Shown here one piece after another: positions 38,591 to 51,400 of a stretch of 64,000 nt of DNA. The notes below the pieces were generated by a model that worked only from the letters and a program-made list of their open reading frames with translations, had not been told where the DNA came from and made no database searches. A program made the translations under genes and the position numbers. The number at the start of each line of letters is the position of its first letter. Positions within the stretch are counted from its first letter, which is position 1. This stretch comes from Leucoraja erinacea (Eukaryota). The stretch is taken from the NCBI RefSeq assembly GCF_028641065.1, contig NC_073382.1, positions 3,286,001 through 3,350,000 on the forward strand. Direction: 5' to 3'.

Positions 38591-40888
38591 CACACACACA
38601 CATATAAAATACTAAAAATAATAGTGCAATAATAACAATAATAGTCTATGTCTTTTCCACTTTACATTATGGAGGCCTCGCATAATTGTGCAGGAAATAA
38701 GTCAAACATCAGCCTCCTTGGTACCAAAGGAAACAACCCTAACTAATCCAATCTTTCCTCAAAAATAAGAATTTCCAGTGGAAAGTAATATTGTAACCCA
38801 TCTGTGCATCTTCTCAATTATAATCAGATCCTTCCTGCAATGTGGTGAACAGAATAAAATGTTGTCAAGGGACTGGCAATAAATGCCACCCTTACCATCT
38901 ACATTCACATCACAGCCATTAATTCTTCAAAGTTTCCTGGCTTTGATTACATATTACATCTTTTTATATTGACCCTCTGAATATTAATAGTGATGCACTG
39001 TTCCCTGCCTTTTATTATCTATTCATTCAGTTGAACAGGCTGAGGTTATTATGTATGCCAAAATAAAATGCACAATGATTAATTAGAAGCAGTGAAATTG
39101 GAAATTCACCAGCGATTATGAGATCTATTTTAGAATCTGCCTTGTCAGCATGTTTAGTTAATGCAACATAAATTATAATTAAAGGATACTTGGTTCCATT
39201 TTATTTTTTATTTTTAATACATTCAAATGAGGAAGTTGAATTACACCATCTCTCAGTTTAATGCTAGTGTAAATGTGCAATCCGTAGTCTGCCTTTCTAA
39301 CTCACACTCTTGGAGATGTGCAAGGCACAAAATGTTTCCTTGGTGCTTTTAAAAACATGTTTTTATCCAAATAAAGTTTTTGAAAATTAAACTAGTTTTG
39401 TTTATCAAAAAAAAAACTTAAGAGAAAAACATACTAAGACATGAGGGGGAAAGATGGGTTGAAAGCACGGTATTTTACCCAGTTGGGGAATCAAGAACCA
39501 TAGGACATAAGTTTAAGGTGGGGGGGGGCAAACATTTAATAGGAAACTGAGGTTCAGTTTCTTTACACAGAAGATGGTGGTGGGTATATGGAACAAGCTG
39601 CTAGAGGAGATACAGTAGCTAAGGCAAGTGTTATAACAACATTTAAAAGACATTTGGCCAGGTACATGGATAGGAAATGTTTTGAGAGATATGGGCCAGA
39701 CATCGGCAGGTGGGACTAGCCTATTTCCATGCTGTATGACTATGACTCAATTATACTTCAGCCGATCAAATGTTACAATTCCTTGGGGACAATCAGTGGA
39801 GTCAGCATCTGTCTGTCCAAATCTCACCAACAACATCACAGTTCTGGATAAAAGAGAAATACAGATGGGGCATTGTGTTCAATTTAGCTGCTACAAGAAA
39901 CAGTAATAGCATTTTCTAAACACTATGCTAGCTGTAAAACACGTTGGCATGTCCAGAGGTTAAGAAGGGCCCTTTTAAAACGTGCTATCAGGCTTCTAAA
40001 TAATCCTTCCATAAGCTAGATCACCTCTGTCCCACTGAGCACATTGGACAGTGCCTATGAACTGATGCGCTACAGTGCAGAGAACTATATTCTGCACTGT
40101 GTCTTCCACTTTGTCACATTAAAGCAATGGGAGCTTTGAAGGCCCCGACCACGAGTGAACATCGGGACCATTAGAAGAAGAGGACTGACTTTGATGCCTT
40201 CCCTCAGAGTGGGGAAACTTTGATTCTGCTGTGTGGGGATGTTTTATGTTGAATTCTATCAACTGTTGTGTTCTTTATTTTTACTGTATGGCTGTATGGT
40301 GATTACATTTCACTGTGCCACTGGCACATGTGACAAATAAATGTATCTTGTATCTATTGTATGCGAGTGTGACTTGTATTTATGTATGTATTGTATCAGA
40401 TCCAATTTATGTATTGTATGAAATCCAAATCTGATCTATTTAGATAGCATGCAAAAATAAAAATTTTCATTGTACCTTACTACACATATTGATAATAATA
40501 AGCCTTAACCTAATTTTCAAGGATAGAATAACTCTTCATATCTAACAATATTGGAAGAGGCTGAAATGATGTTCCACTTTCCAACATAACTGGCCCATGA
40601 GATTAAATTAACTTCTGTTTCTTATATACTGTAAAGGAAACATAGAAAATTTAGAAAATAGGTGCAGGAGTAGGCCATTCGATCCAACTCAGTATCCTGT
40701 ACCTGCCTTCTCTCCATACCCCCTGATCCCTTTAGCAACAAGGACCACATCTAACTCCCTCTTAAATATAGCCAATGAACTGGCCTCAACTACCTCTGAA
40801 ACAGAAGGCATCTCATGTGCAGCTGGTTTGAGCGGTCGATTTCCGACCCCTACCTATTCTCTCTGCACAATGAGTAATGCTTGAAATT

Positions 40889-41020
40889 GAAGTAAAATCA
40901 CTGATACTGTAAGAAGCAATGGGAAACGAGAAGTGACTCAAAGGGTGGACGTGCTTTGGAATTTCCATTTTGTAGTTTCATTTTCTATTTTGTGAAACAC
41001 TCACGGGATTGAAAGAGGAA
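40889..41020 (+). promoter_or_regulatory. MPEG1-B proximal promoter: AP-1 TGACTCA (40934-40940), NF-kB-like TGGAATTTCC (40957-40966), ISRE AGTTTCATTTTC (40974-40985), IRF-Ets composite GAAAGAGGAA (41011-41020)
   Basis: Direct consensus matches upstream of ATG 41115. Confidence 0.65.
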
Positions 41021-41114
41021 CATCCACCAATTAACAGAAACAAGTTTAACAGCAGGAGTTTACTATCCAGGGGACTTCGTCGGGTGAGGAGCTGAGAGCA
41101 CTGGACCTTTGAGG

Positions 41115-43271
41115 ATGTCCCTGGCTTTGATCCCCGTCTTTCTCTTCGTTTTCTCGGTAAGAGCGACGGACTACAGGTTTCGAGAGCCAAGGAGGGATGG
41201 CTTGACTGAGTGCAGAAAAGCTCAAAGTTTGACTGCTCTCGAGGTTGTGCCGGGAGGCGGCTGGGACAACTTGAGGAACCTCGACCGAGGTCGAGTGATG
41301 AACATCAGCTACTCTCTGTGCAAACTTACCGAGGACGGGAAATACTTCATCCCAGACCAAGTCTACGTGGTGCCCCAGAAGCAGACTAACATGGATATCG
41401 TGTCGGAAATCATCACCAGCTGGATGGACTACAAAAGCTCCACCAGTGCCTCAGTCAACGCTGATGTATCCTACCTCTCTATCCTGAATGCAAAGTTCTC
41501 CGCCAGCGTTGAGAGGGTCAAGACCCGACAGGTGCAGGACAGCAGCACGACCACTAGAATCCAGGTGAGGAACTTGATATACAAGGTCAAATCCGTGCCC
41601 GATTTCCAGCTGGACCAAGACTTCAAACAACAGCTGATTGAGATTGCCAATTACATTGAGAACAACCAGACTAAAGCTGCCGAATATTTCGCTCAGTTGC
41701 TGGTCCTCAACTACGGGACTCACGTGTTGACGGGTATCGATGCCGGGGCGAGCCTGGTGCAGGAAGACCAGATCCGTTCTAGCTTTGTGTCCGAAAGCTG
41801 GAGTCGAAAATCCAGCATCGGAGCGTCGGCCGGAGTCACCTTCTTCCAGACGGTGAACGTGGGCCTGGACACACAGTGGCAGAGCACCGACCAGTTCACC
41901 CGGCATTACATGAGCAACAGGACGCACTCGAGCATCGAGAGCCACGGCGGGGTTCCCTTTTACCCTGGAATCACCCTGCAGAAGTGGCAGCAGGAGATCT
42001 CCAACCAGCTGGTGGCCATCGACAGGAGCGGGCGGCCCCTCAACTTCTTTATCCACCCACTCAACGTGCCCGAGCTGCCCGGGCCCACGGTGGCCAAGCT
42101 CACCCTGGCCATCGAGAGGGCCATCGCTCTCTACTACACCGTCAACACTCACCCGGGCTGCGTGGACATCAACTCGCCCAACTTCAACTTCCAGGCCAAC
42201 CTCGACGACGGCTCCTGCCAGGGGGACGGCACGAATTTCACCTTCGGCGGCGTTTACCAGGAGTGCGCCCCGGTGTCGGGGCCGGACGCCCAGTCCCTGT
42301 GTGCCGGCCTGGACCAGAGCAACCCCCTGACCGGGGCCCACAGCTGTCCCGCTGGATACTCGGCCATACACCTGCACTCGGGCGTCCAGGAGGAGGGTAG
42401 GAGCCATTACGAGTGTAACCGCCGTTGCCACACGTGTTGGCTGCTGGCGACATGTTGCGACGACGTGTGCGGCGACGGCTACTACGTGAGCAAGGCCCGC
42501 TTTGAGGCCTACTGGTGTGCGGCGACGCCCAGCCTTGTCCTGCCCCAGAACTCGGGCTACCTCTTCGGCGGCCTGTACGGCCGAGTGTCCAGCAACGAGC
42601 TGACCCAAGGCCGCTCCTGCCCCGCGGCCTTCTACCCGCTGCGCCTCCTCCAGCACCTGCGGGTCTGCGTCAGCCAAGACTACGAGATGGGCTTCCGCTA
42701 CTCGGTGCCCTTCGGCGGCTTCTTCAGCTGCGAGGCGGGAAACCCGTTGGCTGCCCGGGCCCCAGGCCCAGACTCAGGCGCCGACCCCAAGCGTTGTCCC
42801 GGCGGCTACAGCCAGCACCTGGCTGCCATCAGCGATAGCTGCCAAGTCCTCTTCTGCGTCAAGTCCGGCTCCTTCAACGACCTCAAACTGGCCCCCATCA
42901 ACCTGCCGCCGTTCGCTCAGCCCCCCCTGCTCACCAAGGGCTCCACAAACACGGTGATGGTCATGTCCGCGTACCAGGAGCCTTGGGTGAAGGACAAGGT
43001 CACCAACCAGTGGAAGGTGGTCCCCATCTCAGACGCCCGCCGTATATTTGACGGGGAGAATTCCTCCAGAGGGGCTGGGGCGGCAGCTGGCATCTCCATT
43101 GCCATAATCCTGGTCCTGGTTGGCATTCTCTGCCTTGTCTTCTTTATCAAGAAGCGACGGAGGCAGCGCGGATACCAAGCTCTGGCTGTAGAACATGAAG
43201 TGATATCCACAACCAACTCTGACTCTGAGATCAACACACTTGGCTCTCCTGATCCCCACACAGATGCCTGA
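41115..43271 (+). CDS. MPEG1: Macrophage-expressed gene 1 / perforin-2, paralog B (718 aa, single-exon ORF)
   Basis: Same architecture as paralog A, intact frame, about 17 aa differences counted by eye. Confidence 0.97.
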   Translation: MSLALIPVFLFVFSVRATDYRFREPRRDGLTECRKAQSLTALEVVPGGGWDNLRNLDRGRVMNISYSLCKLTEDGKYFIPDQVYVVPQKQTNMDIVSEIITSWMDYKSSTSASVNADVSYLSILNAKFSASVERVKTRQVQDSSTTTRIQVRNLIYKVKSVPDFQLDQDFKQQLIEIANYIENNQTKAAEYFAQLLVLNYGTHVLTGIDAGASLVQEDQIRSSFVSESWSRKSSIGASAGVTFFQTVNVGLDTQWQSTDQFTRHYMSNRTHSSIESHGGVPFYPGITLQKWQQEISNQLVAIDRSGRPLNFFIHPLNVPELPGPTVAKLTLAIERAIALYYTVNTHPGCVDINSPNFNFQANLDDGSCQGDGTNFTFGGVYQECAPVSGPDAQSLCAGLDQSNPLTGAHSCPAGYSAIHLHSGVQEEGRSHYECNRRCHTCWLLATCCDDVCGDGYYVSKARFEAYWCAATPSLVLPQNSGYLFGGLYGRVSSNELTQGRSCPAAFYPLRLLQHLRVCVSQDYEMGFRYSVPFGGFFSCEAGNPLAARAPGPDSGADPKRCPGGYSQHLAAISDSCQVLFCVKSGSFNDLKLAPINLPPFAQPPLLTKGSTNTVMVMSAYQEPWVKDKVTNQWKVVPISDARRIFDGENSSRGAGAAAGISIAIILVLVGILCLVFFIKKRRRQRGYQALAVEHEVISTTNSDSEINTLGSPDPHTDA

Positions 43272-43901
43272 GTCCCACTCCCTCCTTGATCCACAACTGC
43301 AATAAGGATTGCAGAGCCTTCCTACATTCACCCATACAACCGGCAGAGAATACCCAATAACATTAAGCAGTACGTTTATGTTCACAATAGACAAAACAAT
43401 AGACAATAGGTGCAGGAGTAGGCCATTTGGCCCTTCGAGCCAGCACCGCCATTCACCGTGATCATGGCTGATCATCCCCATTTTTTCACCTTTATTATTG
43501 TCACGTGTACTGAGGTACAGTGAGAAGCTTTGTTTTCCAATGTTTGGATCATGCTTTCCGATCAAATCATAATACTATACCTAAATATAATCAAGCCAAA
43601 CTCTAGTACAACAGGCACAGTGAAGGGAAAGATACGGAGTGCAAAATATGGGGAGAGAATATGGGGATATGGGATATGGGGGGATATGGGGAGAAGGCAG
43701 GAACAGGGTACTGATTGGGGATGATCAGCCATGATCACATTGAATGATGGTGCTGGCTCGAATGGCCTAATCCTGCACCTATTGTCTATTGTCTATAATA
43801 ATTGAATGAACAGGGGTAATCTTTAGACTGTATTGGTTATTTAAGGAGAAACAGAAAGAGAGTAAAATGTGTGGGAAAGAACTGCAGATGCTGGTATATA
43901 A

Positions 43902-44130
43902 CCATATAACAATTACAGCACGGAAACAGGCCATCTCGACCCTGCTAGTCCGTGCCGAACACATAATCTCCCCTAGTCGCATATACCTGCGCTCAGACCA
44001 TAACCCTCCATTCCCTTCCCATCCATATAACTATCCAATTTATTTTTAAATGATAAAAACGAACCTGCCTCCACCACCTTCACTGGAAGCTCATTCCACA
44101 CAGCCACCACTCTCTGAGTAAAGAAAACCA
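43902..44130 (-). mobile_element. CR1 3' fragment specific to duplication unit B
   Basis: FFTQRVVAVWNELP...FKNKLD peptide and accatata tail. Absent at ~34338. Confidence 0.75.
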
Positions 44131-44242
44131 TATAAACAAGATACATACAAAATAGGCACAAAAAGAGTTAGATTTAGCTCTTATGGCTAAAGGAATCAAG
44201 GGACATGGTGGAAAAAGCAGGAACGGGGTAATGATTTTAGAT

Positions 44243-44621
44243 CAGTGGTTCCCAACGTGGGGCGTACGCCCCACAGGGGGGCAATTTGATTTTTAAGCGG
44301 GGCAATTGAGCGCGACTGAGGAGGTCTGGGTCCAAATTTTCGATTTTTAATTTTTTTGGATTTTCCATCAGGTAAACATATGTAGTTTATGTTTCAGATG
44401 TTATTTTGAGTAAATATTTTTTGGGGGTAAAAAAGGTCTTTATTGTGTAGTTATTACATAATCACCGCGCCATCGCTCTTCATGCATGTCGCACGGAGCG
44501 CGCGAGGTCAAGGGAGTTCACTTTTTAAATGATAAGAATTATATATCACCACATGGGGGGGGCATCAAGATTTTAGAGGTGATTAGATGGGGCTTGGCCA
44601 AAAAAAGGTTGGGAACCACTG
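44243..44621. mobile_element. hAT/Charlie-like MITE (duplicated copy)
   Basis: Same TIR and TSD as 34447-34827, so it predates the duplication. Confidence 0.9.
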
Positions 44622-47328
44622 TTTTAGATGATCAGCCGTGATCATATTGAATGGCTGTGCTGGCTCGAAGGGCTGAATGGCCTACCCCTGCACCCATTTT
44701 TCTATGCTTCTAAATGCTGGAGTAAGGCAGCGCGACAGGCAGCATCTCTAGAGAGAAGGAATGGGTGATGTTTTGGGTTGAGACCCTTCTTCAGGGGTAG
44801 ATTGAATTTGAAATTCACGTATTGGAACATAAACAGAAGAGTGGAATTGGATAGGGATATTGAAGAAGCCAAAGAAAGAGACAATGCTGGAGTTAATCAG
44901 CGGGTCAGGCAGTATCCCTGCAGAGCATGGATAGGTGATGTTTCGGGTTGGGACCCTTCATCAGACTGATTGTAGGGAGGCGGGAAAGAAAGCAGAGAGA
45001 GGAGGGGCAGGATAGAGCATAGCTAATAATGGGTGAACTTGGGCATGGGGGTTGAAGTAAGTCATATTGGTTCTGATCAACACAGGCACTGTGACCTGCT
45101 TCTGACTGAAAGGTTTATGTGATTTGAACTGCCTTTTTGCAAACCTGACTTTGACTTATTGACAATGTTGCTGTTTCTTTGTACCCTTTTGAACCTAACA
45201 CAGAACATGATGCATTAACTATCATTGTGACTAACATTACCAGTAATTTTATTAATTAGAGTAACTTACCTGAACTGGTGCTACAAACTGAAAATGTAGC
45301 CATGTAGAATACGACTAACATTGAGCTATAAAAACAATAAAATATTAAAATCCAGTTGTGTTTTTTGCTAAGTAAAATTGAGCCAGATTTAATTGTTAGC
45401 ATTTTACGACAACCTACTTTGTACATACAGTATCCACCACACTTCAAAGTTGTGATGGATAAGGCCTTGAATGGTGAATAAAAAATAGTAACAAATTTTT
45501 ATCTTTACGAAGGTCAGATGTTTAGAGAGGGTGTTTCAGGTCTTGGGTTTGGAGGTGAAAGGATAAAGTTTTAACCTTAAAATGTCAGTAAGAAGCAGAA
45601 CATCAGTTCAGAAAACAAGTGAAACACATTTTACTCGCAGAAGCTGCTTGACCAGTTCTATCTTTATTGACTTTAGAAAAATCCAGGCTTAACTTTAATT
45701 CCGTATGCCAGGTGCATAGCTCAGAATTGGGCAGCACGAGTTGCTGCCTTACAGTGCTAGAGACCCGGGTTCGATCCTAACTACGGGTGCTGTCTGTACG
45801 GAGTTTGTACATTCTCCCCGTGACCTGCATAGGTTTTCTCCGGGATCGCCGGTTTCCTACTGCACTCAGGAGAAGTGCAGGTTAATTGGCTTGGTATAAT
45901 TAAGTTGTCCCAAGTGTATGTAGGATAGCGTTAGTGTGCAGGGATCGCTGGTCAGCGCGGACTCTGTTGGCCAAAGGGCCTGTTTCTGTGTATCTTTAAA
46001 CAAAACTAAAAATTGCTCCATTGTGTCTATTGGTGATGATTTGCCAAATGCCTGTCCTTCCCAGCACCTGAATACTATGGGTCATCTGTAGGATTCACAG
46101 CAACAACTTGATAAGGCTTCTTTGACAGGGGCTCACAATACTGCAACCTCCAATTCCTAGAAGGACAAGAAGGGCTTCAAAATAACCCAATGAACTATGG
46201 ATCAAAAAGCCTATGAGTTGTGGTACAAAAATTAGTGGAGAGTATATGAAGGGTAAGATATGCATACATTTGGGAAGAGTCGATTACGGATATTCTGCAT
46301 GTTTAGTGCGAGGGAGATGGCGTCTCATTAATTTGATTGAGGCTTTGGAAGAAGTAACCCAAGAAGGTTGAGGAGGGCAGGTTGTAGAGATAGTCTAAAT
46401 GGACTTCAGCAAGGCCTTTGATAAGAGTCCACGCACTAATGTGGTCTGGAAGGTTAGATCGCATGGGATGGCATCCAGGGAGAGGTAGCTAACTGCTTAC
46501 ACAGTTGGCTTCCTGGTAGGAAGCAGAGTGTTATGGTGTAAAGTTGTGTTGAGGGGTTATCATAAGAAGTGTATAAATTCACATGGGGAATAGATGGGAT
46601 ATGCCAAGAATGTTTTTCCCAGGGTAGGAGAATCAAGAGATAGAGGGCATAGATTTATGGTGAAAAGGGAAAGATTTAATGGGAGCCTGAGGGGCACCTT
46701 TTTCACAGATGGTGCTGGGTATATGGAATAAGTTGCCAGAGGAAGTTGAGGCGGAGACAATAACAACATTTAAGAGATATTTGGAAGTGTACATGGGTAG
46801 GAATGGTTAGGAGGAATATGGAGAAAGCGACGGCAAATGGGATGAGCTTAGATACGGCATGTTGGTCGGCATGAATGGGTTGGGCCCAAGGGCTTGTTTC
46901 AGCGCTGTATTACACTGAGAAGGATAGCAGACAAATGGGGATAATGCCATCTCACATTGAATAGTGACTTGTGGTTTTGAACTATATTGCCTTCTTTACT
47001 GCTGGAATAATGTTCTGGAATTGACTACCTAATGGCATACTTTCACCACACAATCTTCAGCCGATCCTGACGAAAACCAACAATCTCCATTTCAAGGGAC
47101 CACAGAAAACATTGAAGATTGTGACACAGAAGGAAGCCCATCACATTTATGCCATTGTGAAAGATCTGCCCTATCTACCGCCTTCCTTTGCTTGGACGAG
47201 TGCCCTGCAGTTCATGGTTCTTCAAGTTCATATACATGTCCATTCGAAATGTATTTAGGGCTTCTGCTTCTCCCAGCCTTTCAGGCAGTAAGCTCCAAGC
47301 ACCTAGTCAAGAGTGTTTTATTGTTATA

Positions 47329-48421
47329 CTAGACCAAGTGCAGACCCGTTGGGTCTGTTTCCCCAACAGCGTTTGCGGGGGGGGGGGGGAGTAGGGGCTG
47401 CGGCATCACACTCAAATTAACCACCCCCAAACTCACAGGTGGGGGGAGGGGGGGGGGGGGGGGGGTGAGAAGAGGGGAGGAGGGGAGGGGGAGAGAGGAG
47501 GAGGAAACATGACAGATTTGGGAGGGAAAGGAGAGCGGGGTAGGGGGTGAGAGAGGGGGATGGGGAGAGAGATGGGGGGGAGGGGAGGATGGGGAGGGGG
47601 GGAGGAGGGGGGGAGGGGGGTGGAGAGAGACGGTAAAGAGTGGGGAGTGAGAGGGAGGAGGAGAGGGTAGGGGGAAGGGGGCGGGTGGAGAGAGGGAAGG
47701 GGGGGGGGTAGAGAGGGAAGGGGGGGTGAGGGAGAGAGGGAGAGGGGTGAGGGAGAGGGGGGAGGGAGGAGGGGAGAGGGGGGGAGGAAGAGAGGGAAAC
47801 ATAGAAATTAAGTGCAGTAGTAGGCCATTCGGCCCTTCGAGCGTGCACCACCATTCAATATGATCAAGGATGATCATCCAACTCAGTATCCTGTACCTGC
47901 CTTCTCTCCATACCCCCTGATCCCTTTAGCCACAAGGGCCACATCTAACTCCCTCTTAAATATAGCCAATGAACTGGCCTCAACTACCTTCTGTGGCAGA
48001 GAATTCCAGAGATTCACCACTCTCTGTGTGAAAAATGTTTTTCTCATCTCGGTCATAAAGGATTTCCCCCTTATCCTTAAACTGTGACCCCCTGTTCTGG
48101 ACTTCCCCAACATCTGGAACAATCTTCCTGCATCTAGCCTGTCCAACCCCTTAAGAATTTTGTAAGTTTCTATAAGATCCCCCCTCAATCTTCTAAAATC
48201 TAGCGAGTACAAGCCAAGTCTATCCAGTCTTTCTTCATTTGAAAGTCCTGACATCCCAGGAATCAGTCTGTTGAACCTTCTCTGTACTCCCTCTATGGTC
48301 TGTTTCCCCAACGGCGTTTGCGGGGGGGGGGGGGGGGGGGGGTGAGAAGAGGGGAGGGAGGAGGAGGAAACGGGATAGATTTGGGAGGGAAAGGAGAGCG
48401 GGGTAGGGGGTGAGGGATGGG

Positions 48422-48456
<35 letters not shown>

Positions 48457-51400
48457 AGAGGGGGAAAGAGTGGGGAGGGAGGAGGAGGAGAGGGGGTAGC
48501 GGGAGTGATGGAAGAGGGACAGAGGGATAGGGGAAGGGTGTGGGGGGGAGAGAAGGTAGGGGGTGGGGTAGAGAGGGAAGGGGGTGGGGGGGGAGAGGGG
48601 ATGGGAGAGGGGTGAGGAGTGGGGGAGGAGAGGAGAGAGTGGGAGAGAAGTGGAAGAGTGGGGGAGGGAGGGAGGGTAGAGGGTAGCGGGAGTGGTAGAA
48701 GAGGGACAGTAGAGGGGTAGGGGGAAGGGGTGGGTGGTAGAGAGGGTGGGGGTGGTGGGAGAGAGGGAAGGGGGGTGGGGGAGAGAGATGGGTGGCAGAG
48801 GGAGATATGTGAGGAGAGGGACACATAGAAACATAGAAATTAAGTGCAGTAGTAGGCCATTCGGCCCTTCGAGCCTGCACCATTCTCCATTCAATATGAT
48901 CACGGCTGATAGAAACATAGAAACATAGAAATTAGGTGCAGGAGTAGGCCATTCGGCCCTTCGAGCCTGCACCGCCATTCAATATGATCATGGCTGATCA
49001 TCCAACTCAGTATCCCGTACCTGCCTTCTCTCCATACCCCCTGATCCCCTTAGCCACAAGGGCCACATCTAACTCCCTCTTAAATATAGCCAATGAACTG
49101 GCCTCAACTACCCTCTGTGGCAGAGAGTTCCAGAGATTCACCATTCTCTGTGTGAAAAAAGTTCTTCTCATCTCGGTCACAAAAGATTTCCCCCTTATCC
49201 TTAAGCTGTGACCCCTTGTCCTGGACTGGACTTCCCCAACATCGGGAACAATCTTCCTACATCTAGCCTGTCCAACCCCTTAAGAATTTTGTAAGTTTCT
49301 ATAAGATCCCCTCTCAGTCTCCTAAATTCTAGAGAGTATAAACCAAGTCTATCCAGTCTTTCTTCATAAGACAGTCCTGACATCCCAGGAATCAGTCTGG
49401 TGAACCGTCTCTGCACTCCCTCTATGGCAATAATGTCCTTCCTCAGATTTGGAGACCAAAACTGTACGCAATACTCCAGGTGTGGTCTCACCAAGACCCT
49501 GTACAACTGCAGTAGAACCTCCCTGCTCCTATACTCAAATCCTTTTGCAATGAAAGCTAACATACCATTCGCTTTCTTTACTGCCTGCTGCACCTGCATG
49601 CCTACCTTCAATGACTGGTGTACCATGACACCCAGGTCTCGCTGCATCTCCCCCTTTCCCAATCGGCCACCATTTAGATAATAGTCTGCTTTCCCGTTTT
49701 TGTCACCAAAATGGATAACATCACATTTATCCACATTATACTGCATCTGCCAAACATTTGCCCACTCACCCAGCCTATCCAAGTCACCTTGCAGTCTCCT
49801 AGCATCCCCCTCACAGCTCCCCCCCCCCTTCCATACCCCCTGATCCCTTTAGCCACAAGGGCCACATCTAACTCCCTCTTAAATATAGCCAATGAACTGG
49901 CCTCCACTACCTTCTGTGGCAGAGAGTTCCAGAGACTCACCACTATCTGTGTGAAAAATGTTTCCCTCATCTCAGTACTAAAGGATTTCCCCTTTATCCT
50001 TAAACTGTGTCCCGCGTGTCCTGGACTTCCCCAACATCTGGAACAATCTTCCTGCATCAGACAAATGCAATTCAGGACTTTTCACTTCACAAGCAAATCA
50101 GAAATGACAGTTAGTGAAGAATTTGAATAATCGCTGAGCGTTCTCTATGGCAACAATGTATTTGAGCATTGGGCATTGTGACATCACACGATGGAATGTT
50201 CACCATGGGCTGTGGCTCCTGCAAAGGCATATGTAAATGAATCCATTCCGATTGGCCATCTGTGAGCATCGGGCATTGTGACATCACACGATGGAACGTT
50301 CACAGGAGGCTGCTTGTGTGGATGAGAATCCAGTTTCTTTTTGAAACATTGAGGTGGTGGGGGTGTAGGATTTGATTAAAAAAGCGTACTCAAACACGAC
50401 GAAATGTAACGAGGAGCGGATACTTAGAAAGAAAAGCGAAATCTCTACCGAAATGGAAAAGACGTCGGCGATCCTGCGTCCGGTTTCGGAGTTGCGGAGC
50501 GTCAAAGGAAGAAACGCGCGGCGGACGCCGTACGGCGGCAGGCGGACTGATTTGAGTTTTATATATATACTAGACCAAGTGCAGACCCGTTGGGTCTGTT
50601 TCCCCAACAGCGTTTGCGGGGGGGGGGTTGGGGGAGGGGGAGTAGGGGCTGCGGCATCACACTCAAATTAACCACCCCCCAAACTCACAGGTGGGGGGGG
50701 GGGGGGGGGGGTGGGGGTGAGAAGAGGGGAGGGAGGGGAGAGGAGGAGGAGGAAACATGACAGATTTGGGAGGGAAAGGAGAGCGGGGGCGGGGTAGGGG
50801 GTGAGAGAGGGGGATGGGGGAGAGAGAGATGTGGGGGAGGGGGGGATGGGGAGGGAGTGGAGGAGGGGGAGAGAGGGGTGGAGAGAGAGACGGGAAAGAG
50901 TGGGGAGTGAGAGGGAAGAGGAGAGGGGGGAGGGGGGGAAGGAGGGGGCGGGGGGGAGAGAGGGGGGAAGGGGTGGGGTAGAGAGGGAAGGGGGGGTGAG
51001 GGAGAGAGGGGGAGGAGGGGGAGGGGTGAGGGGAGAGGGGAGGAGAGGGGAGAGGGGGTGGGAGGAGAGGGAAACATAGAAATTAAGTGCAGTAGTAGGC
51101 CATTCGGCCCTTCGAGCCTGCACCACCATTCAATATGATCAAGGATGATCATCCAACTCAGTATCCTGTACCTGCCTTCTCTCCATACCCCCTGATCCCT
51201 TTAGCCACAAGGGCCACATCTAACTCCCTCTTAAATATAGCCAATGAACTGGCTCAACTACCTTCTGTGGCAGAGAATTCCAGAGATTCACCACTCTCTG
51301 TGTGAAAAATGTGTTTCTCATCTCGGTCCTAAAAGATTTCCCCCTTATCCTTAAACTGTGACCCCCTGTTCTGGACTTCCCCAACATCTGGAACAATCTT

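Larger units (their letters stand above)
29718..39982. repeat. Tandem segmental duplication unit A (~10.3 kb) containing MPEG1-A
   Basis: tgctatcaggcttctaaataatcc at 29718 recurs at 39983. The end gggcccttttaaaac recurs at ~59042-59056. Confidence 0.93.
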
